Positions 62,783 to 64,000 of a stretch of 64,000 nucleotides of DNA are shown piece after piece. The stretch's first letter is position 1, and every line of letters begins with the position of its first letter. The translations under genes and the position numbers were made by a program. The notes beneath the pieces were generated by a model that worked only from the letters and a program-made list of their open reading frames with translations, did not search any database and was not told where the DNA came from. Where the stretch lies: NCBI RefSeq assembly GCF_008831285.2, contig NC_045138.2:29078001-29142000 (forward strand), given 5' to 3'. This stretch comes from Nymphaea colorata. Its lineage: Eukaryota.

Positions 62783-64000
62783 AGAACAAGAAACACCATG
62801 GCACCAAACATTACACCTGTCTTTCGTATGATCCGAACTTTCCTTCTTATCCAATTTGAGATCCCCATCCTTATACACCCTCAAATTATTGGCTCTCCAT
62901 TGCTTCGAAAATGAAACGAAAGCCTCTCAACAACGCCAAGTAGTTGACAACAAAGAGTGTTAAGTAGTCCAAAGTTTATGCATTGCACGAAAAAATCGAA
63001 ATACCCACAAGGAATCCAGCAAGAAAAGGATCATAGTAGATGTTTACATCAGACCAAAAAGAAGATCATTTATCCTGTAAAACCGACATAAGAAAATCCA
63101 GACAGCAGGTTAGCCCCTTTTTTCCAGAAATTTCCTCTTTGTTCCCATTGAAAAGTACCTGTGGCACCCCAAAACCCTCGTCTTCTTCTTTCTACTAGAT
63201 CATCATGTTGTAGTTTGGTTGCAGTCTAATTGTTCCGGCGGCTCTCCTCTCCTGTCCTTCATTTACACATAAAGCACCTAATTATTCATAATTTTCGGAA
63301 AGCCGCCTAACTTGCCAGTTATAACATTTAGGTGCGGGTTCTTTGAGAGCCTGCTCCTGTCGACAAGTCTGTGCAGGAAGTAAATTGTTAAGGTTAGGAA
63401 TTAGCCTAGTCCGACTAATTAAGATCCGACATTTACATATATTAGTTTCGGATTACTATTGGATTTCAGGGTCAATTTGTGCAGTACGTGAATTCTAACT
63501 CCGATGGAAAATGGCACACTGAATCTGAATCAATTTGGTCACTGGATCCTATTTTCTTTACTAAATCCAACTAATGTTATTTGGATTTGGGTCAACCGTC
63601 AGTAAATGCAGCCACTCAAATTTGACTATCATCGGTCCAGCATAAACAGATCCAACCTAACCGCTGACAGACTAGAATTCTCTAAAGTTGCCACCTATGT
63701 GGGTCTAAAATGTATAAAGGCAGGTGTCTAGTTTGATTTATGTTGGCGTTATTTTCCTGTCTTAAGGTGGTAGAGTGCGACATCCAAATTGAAAGGTACA
63801 ATGTTGCAGCTGAAGACTCCAAAGGCAGAAGGAATGAAGAGGCCTTCGAACCTTTTTCGAGCGGTGAAATTAATAACTCTTGCTCACCCGAAAAGACTCG
63901 TTGTCTATGCATCCCTCGCTGACCAGATATGATATGCTAAACCTAATCAATGAAGTGATTGCTCTGTCACTTTACATACGTAGCCTGCACTCCAACTGTT

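Overview
This is eukaryotic, intron-containing flowering-plant nuclear DNA (AT-rich, many MITEs and microsatellites); nothing prokaryotic or CRISPR-like is present. From left to right it holds: the last five coding exons of a plastid chaperonin-60 beta (+, to 1307); a complete 7-exon YebC/TACO1-family gene (+, 3074-9808, 323 aa); a complete 6-exon CCD8/MAX4 strigolactone-biosynthesis gene (-, 11080-15142, 556 aa), followed by a degenerate tandem copy of its last exon that keeps a splice acceptor; about 33 kb with no recognisable intact gene but many hAT-type and Tourist-type MITEs; an intronless DREB A-4/TINY-like AP2/ERF gene (-, 48115-48912); and minus-strand gene relics (possible polygalacturonase remnant, an orphan exon resembling At5g11600, a frameshifted exostosin/GT47 exon). 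The two most notable points are the duplicated CCD8 terminal exon, which could give an inactive isoform, and a gene order that matches, from memory, four homeologous Arabidopsis blocks. Exon coordinates were read by hand from GT-AG boundaries. Homolog names come from recall, not from database searches.
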